A stretch of 64,000 nt of DNA from Poseidonia sp. (GTDB lineage: Archaea > Thermoplasmatota > Poseidoniia > Poseidoniales > Poseidoniaceae), in NCBI GenBank assembly GCA_965661285.1, contig CBFIDD010000002.1, forward strand, positions 224,001-288,000, in the 5' to 3' direction. The number at the start of each line of letters is the position of its first letter. Positions within the stretch are counted from its first letter, which is position 1. A model generated the notes under the pieces. The model saw nothing but the letters and a program-made list of their open reading frames with translations. It was not told the DNA's origin and made no database searches. The translations under genes and the position numbers were made by a program. This document shows positions 35,645 through 45,141 of the stretch, piece by piece.

Positions 35645-36760
35645 TCACACGTCTTGGCGGTACCAACCCTCGGGCAGTTCCATGGGGTTGTTTGGTCTCG
35701 CAGCCTTGACCCTCCGCACGATTTCCAACCGCATGGCGTCGAGACCGACGTTTTCTGTCGCTGAAATGCAGATGCGGCCCTCAGCATCGATGAGCAATGG
35801 AAGTTCGGGCTCGCCTTCACTTCCTTCCCCTCGCCAAGCCGTCTCCTCCGCCTCAACCTCATCCCACATGGACAGGCGTGGCTCAATCAAATCAGCCTTC
35901 GAGCTGACCAGCATCAAATCGGTCTCGGGAAGCAGCGTTTGCACCTCTTCGAGCAGGTTCATCTGCTCCTCATAAGGCGTCCCGCATGATTCACTTTCGT
36001 CGACGAGAAAAAGGACGAGTGAGCCCACATTTTCCAGTGCTGCGATGGCTTGCATCTCAATGTGGTTTCGCTGCTCCATGGGGCGGTCAAGCAACCCCGG
36101 CGTATCGACCATCTGGTACTGAAGGCGACGATGTGTAAAATGGCCCACGTGGATTTGCTTGGTGGTGAAGGGGTAGAGATTGACTTCCATGTTTCCGGTA
36201 CTCAGGGCCGAGATGAACGCAGATTTCCCCACGTTGGGTGCACCGCAGACCACGATGCAGGGTGAAACTGGGTCGACCTTTGGGAGTCGCTTGAGCGTTT
36301 CACGGGCTTCGCTCAACCACGTCAGCGAAGGACCAACTTGCCGCATGATGGAAGAAATGCGACCGTAGGCTTCTCGACGGGCATCGTGCATCAGGTCGGT
36401 GCGACCTGTTCGGATGATTTTTTTCGCATTCTGTGAAGCGATACGAAGCACCTGATTTGATGCCCACTGCAGCGTGGCCAAATTTTTCCGGTACTCATCA
36501 CAACCAACACAGGCATCGATCATCGCGACATCGAATTGAGGCGATTGGTCCAGCGAAGGCCACGCTGCTACCAACTCTTGAAACTCCGTTGCGATGATGT
36601 CCGCCGCCGTTTGTACCATTCGCGTCATCTGCTTGCGCACCCGGAACACGCGGTCGGGGTCGTCAACACGGTCCGCTGCTTTCTTGGCACGGGAGAAGGC
36701 TTTGTCGAGGAGTTCATCCTCCAACAAAACGGTGCCAAGGGTACGCCAGGAGACCTTCAT
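35645..36760 (-). CDS. NOG1-family GTPase
   Basis: ELLDKAFSRA, GAPNVGKS, YPFTTK, DTPGLLDRP..RN.IE, SKAD. Confidence 0.93.
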   Translation of the reverse strand: MKVSWRTLGTVLLEDELLDKAFSRAKKAADRVDDPDRVFRVRKQMTRMVQTAADIIATEFQELVAAWPSLDQSPQFDVAMIDACVGCDEYRKNLATLQWASNQVLRIASQNAKKIIRTGRTDLMHDARREAYGRISSIMRQVGPSLTWLSEARETLKRLPKVDPVSPCIVVCGAPNVGKSAFISALSTGNMEVNLYPFTTKQIHVGHFTHRRLQYQMVDTPGLLDRPMEQRNHIEMQAIAALENVGSLVLFLVDESESCGTPYEEQMNLLEEVQTLLPETDLMLVSSKADLIEPRLSMWDEVEAEETAWRGEGSEGEPELPLLIDAEGRICISATENVGLDAMRLEIVRRVKAARPNNPMELPEGWYRQDV

Positions 36761-36870
36761 GCCCGTTCCTCAGTTGTGCCCCATCGTCGTCCATTGATGA
36801 AGTATCCCGTCCAAACAGAGGTTGGAAGGACAAAGGTGAGGTTCATGTACGCTCGCCGATTGGTCATGGC

Positions 36871-37311
36871 ATGGCGAAGAAGAAATCCGTTGACCTTCCC
36901 GACTGGGCCAAATCGATGTGGGAAGACATGGGGTCCCCAGAATTGGAAGGGCTGAAATCCGTTCACAACGGCGACCTGCTCGAACGCCGCCAAGGGCTGC
37001 GAAGGGACGACTTCGTTGAAATTCACATGGACGCACAAGCCTTTGCAAATCCCGAAGACGCCTATGTTCGAGGACGACTGATTTCTTCAGGCAAATCAAG
37101 TCTTGAGGTGCTGACCGAGGACGGGCGTTGCGAGTTCATCTCACGAAACGTGATCGTGAAGATGGTCCTTGTCGCCCACACACGCCCTGCCTATATCGAC
37201 GACGAGGAACTGCTGGCCTTTGAGCGAGAGGACATGAAGCGACGCTCGAAACTCCATGAGAAGGTCGAAAAAGAAACCAAAGGCAACGACGATTCACACC
37301 TGTGGGGATGA
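36871..37311 (+). CDS. Hypothetical protein (possible Sm/SH3-like barrel)
   Basis: First gene of a compact three-gene run; YVRGRLISSGKSSLEVLTEDG..EFISRNVIVKM. Confidence 0.75.
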   Translation: MAKKKSVDLPDWAKSMWEDMGSPELEGLKSVHNGDLLERRQGLRRDDFVEIHMDAQAFANPEDAYVRGRLISSGKSSLEVLTEDGRCEFISRNVIVKMVLVAHTRPAYIDDEELLAFEREDMKRRSKLHEKVEKETKGNDDSHLWG

Positions 37312-37315
37312 CCTC

Positions 37316-37561
37316 ATGAAACATCCGGAAGGGTGGACCGAAGTTGACGGCCGATTGATGCGAGAATATTCGTTTGATGATTTTCTTCAAGCCAAGGCGT
37401 TCATCGACGCCGTGAGCGAGATTTGTGAAGCACAAGAGCACCACGCTGAACTTCATTTTGGCTGGGGGTATGCCGTGGTGGAAACCTACACCCATGAGAC
37501 TGCGTCCATCACGCAGCGCGACCTCGATCTCGCCGAGGCCATCAACGCCATCGAGGTGTGA
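37316..37561 (+). CDS. Pterin-4-alpha-carbinolamine dehydratase
   Basis: GW..L.REYSFDDF, EAQEHHAEL, YTHE..IT.RD..LA. Confidence 0.9.
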   Translation: MKHPEGWTEVDGRLMREYSFDDFLQAKAFIDAVSEICEAQEHHAELHFGWGYAVVETYTHETASITQRDLDLAEAINAIEV

Positions 37562-37902
37562 CCGTGCCGGTGGACCCCAAGGGAAGAACCGAGCCCGGGT
37601 TCATCCGGCACGCCTTCATCTGCGGCCATCAACGAGCCGACGGTGCCGCACGCCCATCCTGTGGCGCCAAGGACAGCATCGATTTGATGCGAACCATCAA
37701 GCAACGCGTGCGTGGGGAAACCAAGGCCAACATCCGCGTCCAAAAATCAGGGTGTTTGGACCACTGCGAGTTCGGACCCACCTGCGTGGTCTATCCGGAG
37801 GGAACGTGGTACGGCCTCACTTCGCAGGCGGACATCGAGGCACTTTTCCACCACCTCGTCACGGGGGAAGTGGACGAAGAGCATACACTGAAACTCGAAT
37901 GA
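37558..37902 (+). CDS. Thioredoxin-like [2Fe-2S] ferredoxin
   Basis: HAFICG..R...SC, SGCLDHCEFGP..VVYPEGTWY. Confidence 0.92.
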   Translation: MTVPVDPKGRTEPGFIRHAFICGHQRADGAARPSCGAKDSIDLMRTIKQRVRGETKANIRVQKSGCLDHCEFGPTCVVYPEGTWYGLTSQADIEALFHHLVTGEVDEEHTLKLE

Positions 37903-38313
37903 TCAGAGTTTGACCGGCCGGGTGGCACCGCAGGCTTGACACTTGAGCAGCGTCGTGCGGTCTTCTTTAACAAAATGGGTATCCGGTGCACTGCACTGAC
38001 TGCACTTGATGTAGGTGTTGACATAGTTGGCGATGGTACCTTTGATTCGCTTTGGTGGAATGCGCCCCTTGAATCGCGCTCGTGGCCCGTCCCGAGAACC
38101 CGATGTACCCAATTCGTTGAGGATGTACTGGTAAACGTGGTTTTCATCCCGGTCCATCATGGAGACCACTTCGTTAAAATTACGAAAAATGGTGTTGGAA
38201 CCTTCAATCATGATCTGCGGCGCCGGCAGTCTCCATCGTGAGCGGGAGGAGATTTCCTCGGGGATGTTTTCCCGGGCCCTTTCCAACAGGTTCTCGTAAT
38301 CAAAGTCGGCCAT
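37903..38313 (-). CDS. eif2b: Translation initiation factor 2 subunit beta
   Basis: YENLLERA, TIFRNF, ELGTSG, CSQCSAPDT, CQACGA. Confidence 0.95.
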   Translation of the reverse strand: MADFDYENLLERARENIPEEISSRSRWRLPAPQIMIEGSNTIFRNFNEVVSMMDRDENHVYQYILNELGTSGSRDGPRARFKGRIPPKRIKGTIANYVNTYIKCSQCSAPDTHFVKEDRTTLLKCQACGATRPVKL

Positions 38314-38402
38314 GATTTTCCCCCGGGTCTCCATCCCTTCAAGACTTTTCCTTTGGGGAGGATACAGGAAAGCATTGATGAGCGTTCCACGGCAGGCATG
38401 AG

Positions 38403-38996
38403 ATGAGCAACATGGTCCTCAGCATCGAAGAACTCAAAGCGCTGGCCTCCAACTTGATGAAGGAAGGGTTGAACACGCAGCAAATTGCCGATGAACTCTC
38501 GCTTTCTCAAGACACCATCACCTGGCTTCTCTCCGAAACCGCAGAGACCGAGCGCCCGAGCGATGTCCGCATCGGCTGGCGCACCCTGGGTGTCCGCCCC
38601 CAACGCATTGCTGCCGTGGGTTCCATCATGGCCGATGTGGCAGACGAAGAGGTTGGCTACGAAAACATCGACACCGTGGTGGGTATTTCCATCAACGGTA
38701 TTGCGTTCGCTTACGAAGTGGCACGGGTGTTGGAGTCCGACATGACGGTGTTCCGAACCACCGACGAAGGCGAGGGAAGCGGTTCGCTATCCAACAAATA
38801 CGGACAGGTCGCGGGAAAGAAAGTCGTCATCATCGACGATGTGCTTTCATCGGGGAAAACCATGTCAAAAACAATTGAATCCATTCGTGCGGCAGGTGGG
38901 GAAGTGACCTTAGCCATCGTCCTGGTCAACAAAACAACCCGTAACGAAATCGACGATGTCCCGCTCCGGGGTTTGGTACGAGCCGTTGCCGTTTGA
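38403..38996 (+). CDS. Orotate phosphoribosyltransferase-like protein with N-terminal HTH (GfcR-like)
   Basis: GLNTQQIADELSLSQDT..WLL; VVIIDDVLSSGKTM PRPP motif. Confidence 0.88.
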   Translation: MSNMVLSIEELKALASNLMKEGLNTQQIADELSLSQDTITWLLSETAETERPSDVRIGWRTLGVRPQRIAAVGSIMADVADEEVGYENIDTVVGISINGIAFAYEVARVLESDMTVFRTTDEGEGSGSLSNKYGQVAGKKVVIIDDVLSSGKTMSKTIESIRAAGGEVTLAIVLVNKTTRNEIDDVPLRGLVRAVAV

Positions 38997-39006
38997 GGTG
39001 AATCGT

Positions 39007-40617
39007 GTGCACTGGAGCGACGTCATGGCCAAGCGACTCGCCGAGCGTGGCGAGAAGCACATCGTCGCGACAGGCATTACCCCCAGCGGGGAATTTCATA
39101 TCGGTCATCTTCGCGAAATCTTGACGGGCGACATGATCGCTCGTGCCGTACGCCGCGCAGGCATGGAAGCAGAACTGGTCTTTGTCGTTGACAACGCCGA
39201 CCCGCTGCGTAAAGTCTACCCGTTTTTGGACGAGAGCTACGAGGATTTCATCGGTCACCAACTGGGATCCATCCCCGCCCCTGACGAGCATGGAAAGCCC
39301 GACTGGGACCGATTCAACAACGAGGGATGGACCTATGGCGACCATTTTCTCCTCCCCTTCCTCGAGGCACTTCGCCAAATCGGTGTGGTGCCCACCTTGC
39401 TTCCAAATCTGGAAGCCTACCGAAGCGGGAAGTTCAGTTCGGCCGCAAAGATAGCGTGTGATAACCCTGGAGCCATTCGTGAAATCATTGAACGGGTTTC
39501 GGGGCGAGAACTTTCAGATGATTGGTTCCCTTGGCAGCCCTTGGATTCCAAAGGTTCGCTTGACGGCCTGACCATCACCGGCTACGACTATCCCCTGGTG
39601 CATTGGACCGACCGGCATGGCGAACATGGTTCCTCGAACATCGAAAAGGGCGAGGGAAAACTTCCGTGGCGCTTGGACTGGCCGGCGAAATGGGGATTCA
39701 ACCACATCACGTGCGAGCCGTTCGGTAAAGACCACGGCGCAGCCGGAGGCTCGTACGATACGGGCAAAGAAATCGCCTTGCTGTTTGGCCATGAACCTCC
39801 GGCTCCGCTGACCTATGAGTGGATCAGCCTCAAGGGGAAAGGTGCGATGTCGTCGTCTTCTGGAAACACGGTAGGCCCAATGGAAGCGCTGCGCTTGGTG
39901 CCTCCGGAAATCCTTCGTTTCTTGGTGGCGAATTCGAAACCGAGCAAGGCTATAGAATTTGACACGGGAATGGGTTTGGTGAATCTTGCTGACGAATACG
40001 AACGGCTCTGCGCACGGGATTTTGACGCAGAAATGCAGAATGAGAACCTCAGCCGTCGAAAGTTGGTGCAACTCGAGGACGCCAAGGTCGCTCTTGAGCT
40101 TGCATCGATTCGCGAAGGTGATGTTGCCGCAGCGACCTCCATCAGCTTCAGGCACATGGCTCTGCTCGCACAAATCAAACCCAACGACGACGATGTTTGG
40201 GCGAGCCTGCAAGCCTCGGGATCGCTTGATGAACGAACGCCGGAGCTCGAAGACCGGTTGCGACGAATGCGTGCATGGATCGCTTCCGACCACTTCCCAG
40301 AGGAAATGAAAGTCAACGTCTGCAGCGAACCGGACCTGGACGCGATCAACGCCCTTAGCGAAGCGCAACGCGGCGTGCTTCACCATCTCAGCCAATCGCT
40401 CTCGACCACCGATTGGACACCCGACGGGATCACGGCGGCCTTCAAGGAGGCGGGTGCAGCTGCCGATGTCGGCATGCGTGACGTCTACCGAGCGTGCTAT
40501 GCTCTGTTCATGGCCGCCGAACGTGGCCCCCGCCTTGCGCCGATTCTTTCCAATTGCGACCGAGAGAGCATCTTGAAACTGACCAGCAGCGCAGTTGACC
40601 AACAGGCGGGAAACTAA
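39007..40617 (+). CDS. lysS: Lysine--tRNA ligase, class I
   Basis: HWSD, GITPSGEFHIGHLRE, KLPWRLDWPAKW, EPFGKDH, MSSSSG, GPRLA; GTG start after GAGGTG. Confidence 0.96.
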   Translation: MHWSDVMAKRLAERGEKHIVATGITPSGEFHIGHLREILTGDMIARAVRRAGMEAELVFVVDNADPLRKVYPFLDESYEDFIGHQLGSIPAPDEHGKPDWDRFNNEGWTYGDHFLLPFLEALRQIGVVPTLLPNLEAYRSGKFSSAAKIACDNPGAIREIIERVSGRELSDDWFPWQPLDSKGSLDGLTITGYDYPLVHWTDRHGEHGSSNIEKGEGKLPWRLDWPAKWGFNHITCEPFGKDHGAAGGSYDTGKEIALLFGHEPPAPLTYEWISLKGKGAMSSSSGNTVGPMEALRLVPPEILRFLVANSKPSKAIEFDTGMGLVNLADEYERLCARDFDAEMQNENLSRRKLVQLEDAKVALELASIREGDVAAATSISFRHMALLAQIKPNDDDVWASLQASGSLDERTPELEDRLRRMRAWIASDHFPEEMKVNVCSEPDLDAINALSEAQRGVLHHLSQSLSTTDWTPDGITAAFKEAGAAADVGMRDVYRACYALFMAAERGPRLAPILSNCDRESILKLTSSAVDQQAGN

Positions 40618-40689
40618 CGACTGAAATTCTGACGATTTCAAGACCATACCTGCACACCCTTCAAAAGGTGTCACCTCTGTAAAGGCTCC

Positions 40690-41856
40690 ATGGGAGGCGT
40701 GTACTGTCCAACTTGCGAGGCAGGTGTTGAAGTCACTGCGAAATTTTGTCTGTCCTGCGGTCACGACCTTACCGCCCAAGGCCCAATCACCGCTACCGGG
40801 CATGACCTCAACCAACTCAAGGATGTTATTCGCCTTCGAGACGACCTTTCCATGGCAGAAAAGTTCGACATGATCGCTCAAGTCGAAGACGGCGCCGATC
40901 CCATCGCCCTTGGCATTGCAGCGGCTGCAGATGATGGCCATGGCATGGACGAACACGACGTGGCTGTACCCGAAGCCGATGACGTGGCCCCTGCACTCCA
41001 AGCAGCATCTTGGAACCACGATGCTGCAGACGCCGCTGTAGAGTTGGCAACCGAAGGGTCAAAACTCAACGATTTGAAGAAGGCAGGCGCTTTTGAGAAA
41101 GACGACAAGACCTTTGTTGAGGCCATGAATCTCGGACGCGACGCCACACTGGAAGTGCTCAAGGTCTCCCAAGGTTTGGTTCTCCCCGCCAATGACGCGC
41201 TCCAGCGCATACCCATCATGCAGCCCCCCAACAAAAGCTTCTGCCCAAAGTGCGGCTCGGATATTCACGCCAACGCCATGCTCCAATGGAAAAAATGGAG
41301 CGACGCTTCCACTGAAGTCTTGACCATCCAACTCGAAGCCGCCATGCGAAGTTCCCTGATGCACCTCTCTGCATCCTATCGCGACAAGATTCAAGATTTG
41401 GAAGACCAACTTTCTGATGCAAAGAAGGCGGTGGAGCGTGCAAAAGAGGAAGCAGCAAAGGCGCCAAAGACTGAGGCTCCGAAGGCCGAAAAGAAAAAGA
41501 AAACCGGAAAGGCTGCCGCCTCGACCAAAGCAGCTCCTAAGAAGTCGAACCCAGCCCCTTCCAAGCCCAAAACAGGAGGTCTATTCGGCGCAAAGAAGCC
41601 CAAGAAGACCTACGAGGGCGAACCGGGCGGAAAGGCGGAATGGTTCCTTGAAGAGGCGTTGGACACGGTCTACGATCCGCACGGAACCGGCAAACCGGTG
41701 AAGGCCGCCATGATTCTCGCCCGTTCCTCGGACGGCAACGTACGGGTGCGGGATGTGATACGAACCTATGCCGTCGAGGGTGAGGAAGGCATTTCGGAAC
41801 TCGCCTGGACCAGCCCGCTCACCAGATACCTGATTGAAGCCTTTGATGCCTGTTAA
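40690..41856 (+). CDS. Double zinc-ribbon protein with coiled coil and Lys/Ala-rich linker
   Basis: CPTC..FCLSCG, FCPKCG, helical acidic segments, KAPKTEAPKAEKKKK. Confidence 0.8.
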   Translation: MGGVYCPTCEAGVEVTAKFCLSCGHDLTAQGPITATGHDLNQLKDVIRLRDDLSMAEKFDMIAQVEDGADPIALGIAAAADDGHGMDEHDVAVPEADDVAPALQAASWNHDAADAAVELATEGSKLNDLKKAGAFEKDDKTFVEAMNLGRDATLEVLKVSQGLVLPANDALQRIPIMQPPNKSFCPKCGSDIHANAMLQWKKWSDASTEVLTIQLEAAMRSSLMHLSASYRDKIQDLEDQLSDAKKAVERAKEEAAKAPKTEAPKAEKKKKTGKAAASTKAAPKKSNPAPSKPKTGGLFGAKKPKKTYEGEPGGKAEWFLEEALDTVYDPHGTGKPVKAAMILARSSDGNVRVRDVIRTYAVEGEEGISELAWTSPLTRYLIEAFDAC

Positions 41857-41918
41857 GACGAGGGTTTTTGTCCGCAACGAGCGGAATGCTTCTTGACCCA
41901 CCACCGACTCGATTGACC

Positions 41919-44783
41919 ATGGACAGCGAGGCTTCAGCCCTGGATGCCTTGCGCCATGCTCTTGACCGAACCGCCGCCTCGATGAAAGCCACCTTCAATG
42001 ACCGATTGAGTCAAATCTACGACACTGTGCTGACCTCACCGGGCACCGTTTTGACCCTGTTCCTTGTCGTGAGTTCAATCTTTGCCGTTCAGGGCATGGC
42101 CTTTCAAAATCAAATCGATGATGACGTGGAGATTTTCCTTCCGGATGGTGCACCCTCAACGGACCTTTTGCTCGAAGTACGTACAGAGTGGTCCACGGAC
42201 ATCGCCGTGATATACATCACGACCCCGAACGCCAACAATCCCAACGACACCACCAACATCACCGATGAGATTGTGCTCAACGAAATCAGTTGGCTGGAGG
42301 GTGACGACCGGAACATCGGTGGCGATTCAACCAGTCGTGGCATGGACTTTGACAAAACCGACCACGGCAGAAACGACGGTGTGCTTTGGATTCTATCTCC
42401 GGCGCAGGTCATCAAAGAGATCAACTCAGCTGACGGTCGGTTCAACAATTCACTCTGTGTCCACGGAGTAAACAACCGCTTACCCATTGCTTTGGATTGC
42501 GAACAATTGCCTGAAGGCGGTGAATATGCCATTCCCAGTCAAGACCGCATCGACCAGATCATTGAGAGCGCACCCGGCTTATTTGCGGAGTTGAGCCGGG
42601 ACACCAACGACATGGACCCTACCGTTGACAGCGACGGCGATGGAAACTACACCAACGACATGGACGGCGACGGCATATGGGACACCACCGCCATCCTTGT
42701 CGGTATGCATCACGACCCTTCCGTGACCGGGGATTGGGCGGATTATTCCGAATTGCTCAATCACTTCCAGGACATCATCGATAATCGGCCGGCCGAATAC
42801 AGAAACACGGACACCATCACCGTCACGGGCTTGACGAAGGTCCTCGAAGACATATCGGACGCTATTTACGAGGACCTCCTCATGATCCTGCCCTGGTCGG
42901 TGTTGTTCACCGTCTTGGTGATCACGGCATTGCACCGTTCCGCCAAGGTGGTCATCATCACGGGCACACCCATCATGATGGCGCTGGCCATCACGTTTGG
43001 ATCATCGGTCATCATGGACATCACACTGACGCCAATGATCGTCGCCACCTTCCCCATCTTGATCGGTTTAGGTGTGGACTATGCGCTGCACATGGTCAAC
43101 AGAATCGAAGAGGTCAGGCGGAAAGGAATCGACAAGGCGCATGACGAGAACGAACGACGGAGGAAGCGGGGTGAACCTGCAGGTGCCGTCCCGGATCTTT
43201 GGGACATTGAGTTTTACAAATCATGCGTAATGGAGATGACCCGTTCAACGGGCGTGGCCGTCTTCCTGTCCGCCATGACGACCATCGTCGGATTTTCCGT
43301 GCTCATTGCACCGCTCATTGTCCCGATTGCTCCGATTCGGTCGGTGGGGATTACCCTCGTCATCGGCATTTCATCCACCCTCGTTCTGAGCATCGTTCTC
43401 GTACCAACTCTCGCTTGGCTCCTCAAGTTCCACAAACGTAGCAACCCCAGCGTCTGGAAAAACATCGGCCAAGCTCCAATCAATGGCTTCCTGATCATCA
43501 TGCTGCTGGCCGGTTCCATCACCGCTTACGGTGTTGCCAACATGGACGAACTCAACAAGCCCATTACCGGGTCGTCCGAGGCACCTGACGGTATTGAATC
43601 CCTCAACTCGCTGGCCGAATATTCCAGGCAGTTTGGAAGCGGTCAAACCTCGCTGTTCATCTACGACGCATCCATGCGTCCGAACACCAACAACACCCTG
43701 AACATCCGGGACCTCCCGGTCCTTGACTCGCTCGACGCCATCGAACAGGCTGTGAACAACACCGACGAGACGAACACCACCAGCGTCATCACCTTCCTCA
43801 AAGCCGTGCCTGCCACCATCACCCTGGCGCCAGGCGTTACCATCGGGGACGGCTCTCTCTGGGATCTTTTACACGACCCGTGTTGGGAGAGTGAGGACCT
43901 GGCGGACCCTGACTGCATTGGTTGGACATTGATTCCACTGTCCGAGCGTGAGGCCCTCCGAAAAGACATGGTCAACGTCGCCGTTGACACCCTCTCTGAA
44001 GAAGTACGTTCAACGCTGATGAACGAAGACGGAACAAAAGCCATTGTCTACGTCAATCAACGGTACATGAACCTCAACGTCGCCGGTGGCCTGCGAGACG
44101 AAATCGACGACATCTTGGCGGAAGGACCGACTCTCCTCAACACCCGCACATCGCTCCTCACAGGGGGACTCCCGGTGTCCCTTGACATCAACGATGGCAT
44201 TCACAGTACCCAATCGACGACAACACTCCTCACTCTCCTGGTGCTCACGGTTCTTCTCATGTTCGTGTTCCGTTCGCCACGACTGGGCGTCTACACCATG
44301 ATTCCCGTGGCCGTGGTGATTCTTTGGCAACCGCTACTGATGCAGAGCGGGGATGTGAACGTGAACATCTTCACCGCGATGATCGGGACCATCGTGTTCG
44401 GTATTGGCGTGGACGACTCCATTCACGTCATGCATCGTATTCGAGAAGAAGGTGAATCACCCCACGGCATGGCCTCGGCGATTGAAGAAACCGGCCAGAC
44501 CATTTTTGAGACCACCATCACAACGGTTTCTGGCATCGCTGCGGGCTTCCTCGCCGCCTTCCCTGGTCTGGAGAATTTCTTCATGCTCATGTGCCTTCTC
44601 ATCATCTTCGCCTTCATCACAAGCACGTTCCTATTGCCAGCGATCATCACCGCAGAGCATACTGCTCGAGCAAAGGTGAACGGACACCCATCGTGGATTG
44701 ATTTCGGAGAGGGCGTCGCCATGAGCGATGCATCTGTGATGAAACCAATGGATGCGGTCCTGCCCGGTAGCGCAGAGCCCTGA
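41919..44783 (+). CDS. MMPL/RND family transporter
   Basis: GLGVDYALH and GIGVDDSIH repeats, about 12 TMs. Confidence 0.92.
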   Translation: MDSEASALDALRHALDRTAASMKATFNDRLSQIYDTVLTSPGTVLTLFLVVSSIFAVQGMAFQNQIDDDVEIFLPDGAPSTDLLLEVRTEWSTDIAVIYITTPNANNPNDTTNITDEIVLNEISWLEGDDRNIGGDSTSRGMDFDKTDHGRNDGVLWILSPAQVIKEINSADGRFNNSLCVHGVNNRLPIALDCEQLPEGGEYAIPSQDRIDQIIESAPGLFAELSRDTNDMDPTVDSDGDGNYTNDMDGDGIWDTTAILVGMHHDPSVTGDWADYSELLNHFQDIIDNRPAEYRNTDTITVTGLTKVLEDISDAIYEDLLMILPWSVLFTVLVITALHRSAKVVIITGTPIMMALAITFGSSVIMDITLTPMIVATFPILIGLGVDYALHMVNRIEEVRRKGIDKAHDENERRRKRGEPAGAVPDLWDIEFYKSCVMEMTRSTGVAVFLSAMTTIVGFSVLIAPLIVPIAPIRSVGITLVIGISSTLVLSIVLVPTLAWLLKFHKRSNPSVWKNIGQAPINGFLIIMLLAGSITAYGVANMDELNKPITGSSEAPDGIESLNSLAEYSRQFGSGQTSLFIYDASMRPNTNNTLNIRDLPVLDSLDAIEQAVNNTDETNTTSVITFLKAVPATITLAPGVTIGDGSLWDLLHDPCWESEDLADPDCIGWTLIPLSEREALRKDMVNVAVDTLSEEVRSTLMNEDGTKAIVYVNQRYMNLNVAGGLRDEIDDILAEGPTLLNTRTSLLTGGLPVSLDINDGIHSTQSTTTLLTLLVLTVLLMFVFRSPRLGVYTMIPVAVVILWQPLLMQSGDVNVNIFTAMIGTIVFGIGVDDSIHVMHRIREEGESPHGMASAIEETGQTIFETTITTVSGIAAGFLAAFPGLENFFMLMCLLIIFAFITSTFLLPAIITAEHTARAKVNGHPSWIDFGEGVAMSDASVMKPMDAVLPGSAEP

Positions 44784-44786
44784 GGA

Positions 44787-45089
44787 GGAGGGAGTAGGGA
44801 GTAAGCCCCTTTCTGTTACCTTTCGGTGACCGCATTCAACTGTGCATCCTACCTGTCCCTCGTCGTGCCGAGTCAACAGGACGGTTTGGACTTGCTCCGG
44901 CGGGGTGGCTCGTCTCATCGACCACAAGGCAACCTCGGTCTTTCAACGTCATTGTACACACCTTGCATCGTTCGTTTCTGCAGCCTGAACCCAACCATTT
45001 CTGTTTGCTTCCTTCTGGTAGCCGCCTGCACTACGGAGAGGGGACTTTCCTCAGAGTCGAACTCTGTCAGCGGTCCTCCTACTCCCTCC
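44787..45089 (-). ncRNA. rnpB: RNase P RNA
   Basis: Minus strand carries GAGGAAAGUCC near the 5' end and AACAGAAAGGGGCUUA near the 3' end (P4 halves); terminal helix GGAGGGAGUAGG/CCUACUCCCUCC; about 300 nt, intergenic. Confidence 0.93.
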
Positions 45090-45141
45090 AAATGTGCGTG
45101 CGAACCGCTCGCATTTCAATGCGACCCACAAACCCACGACG

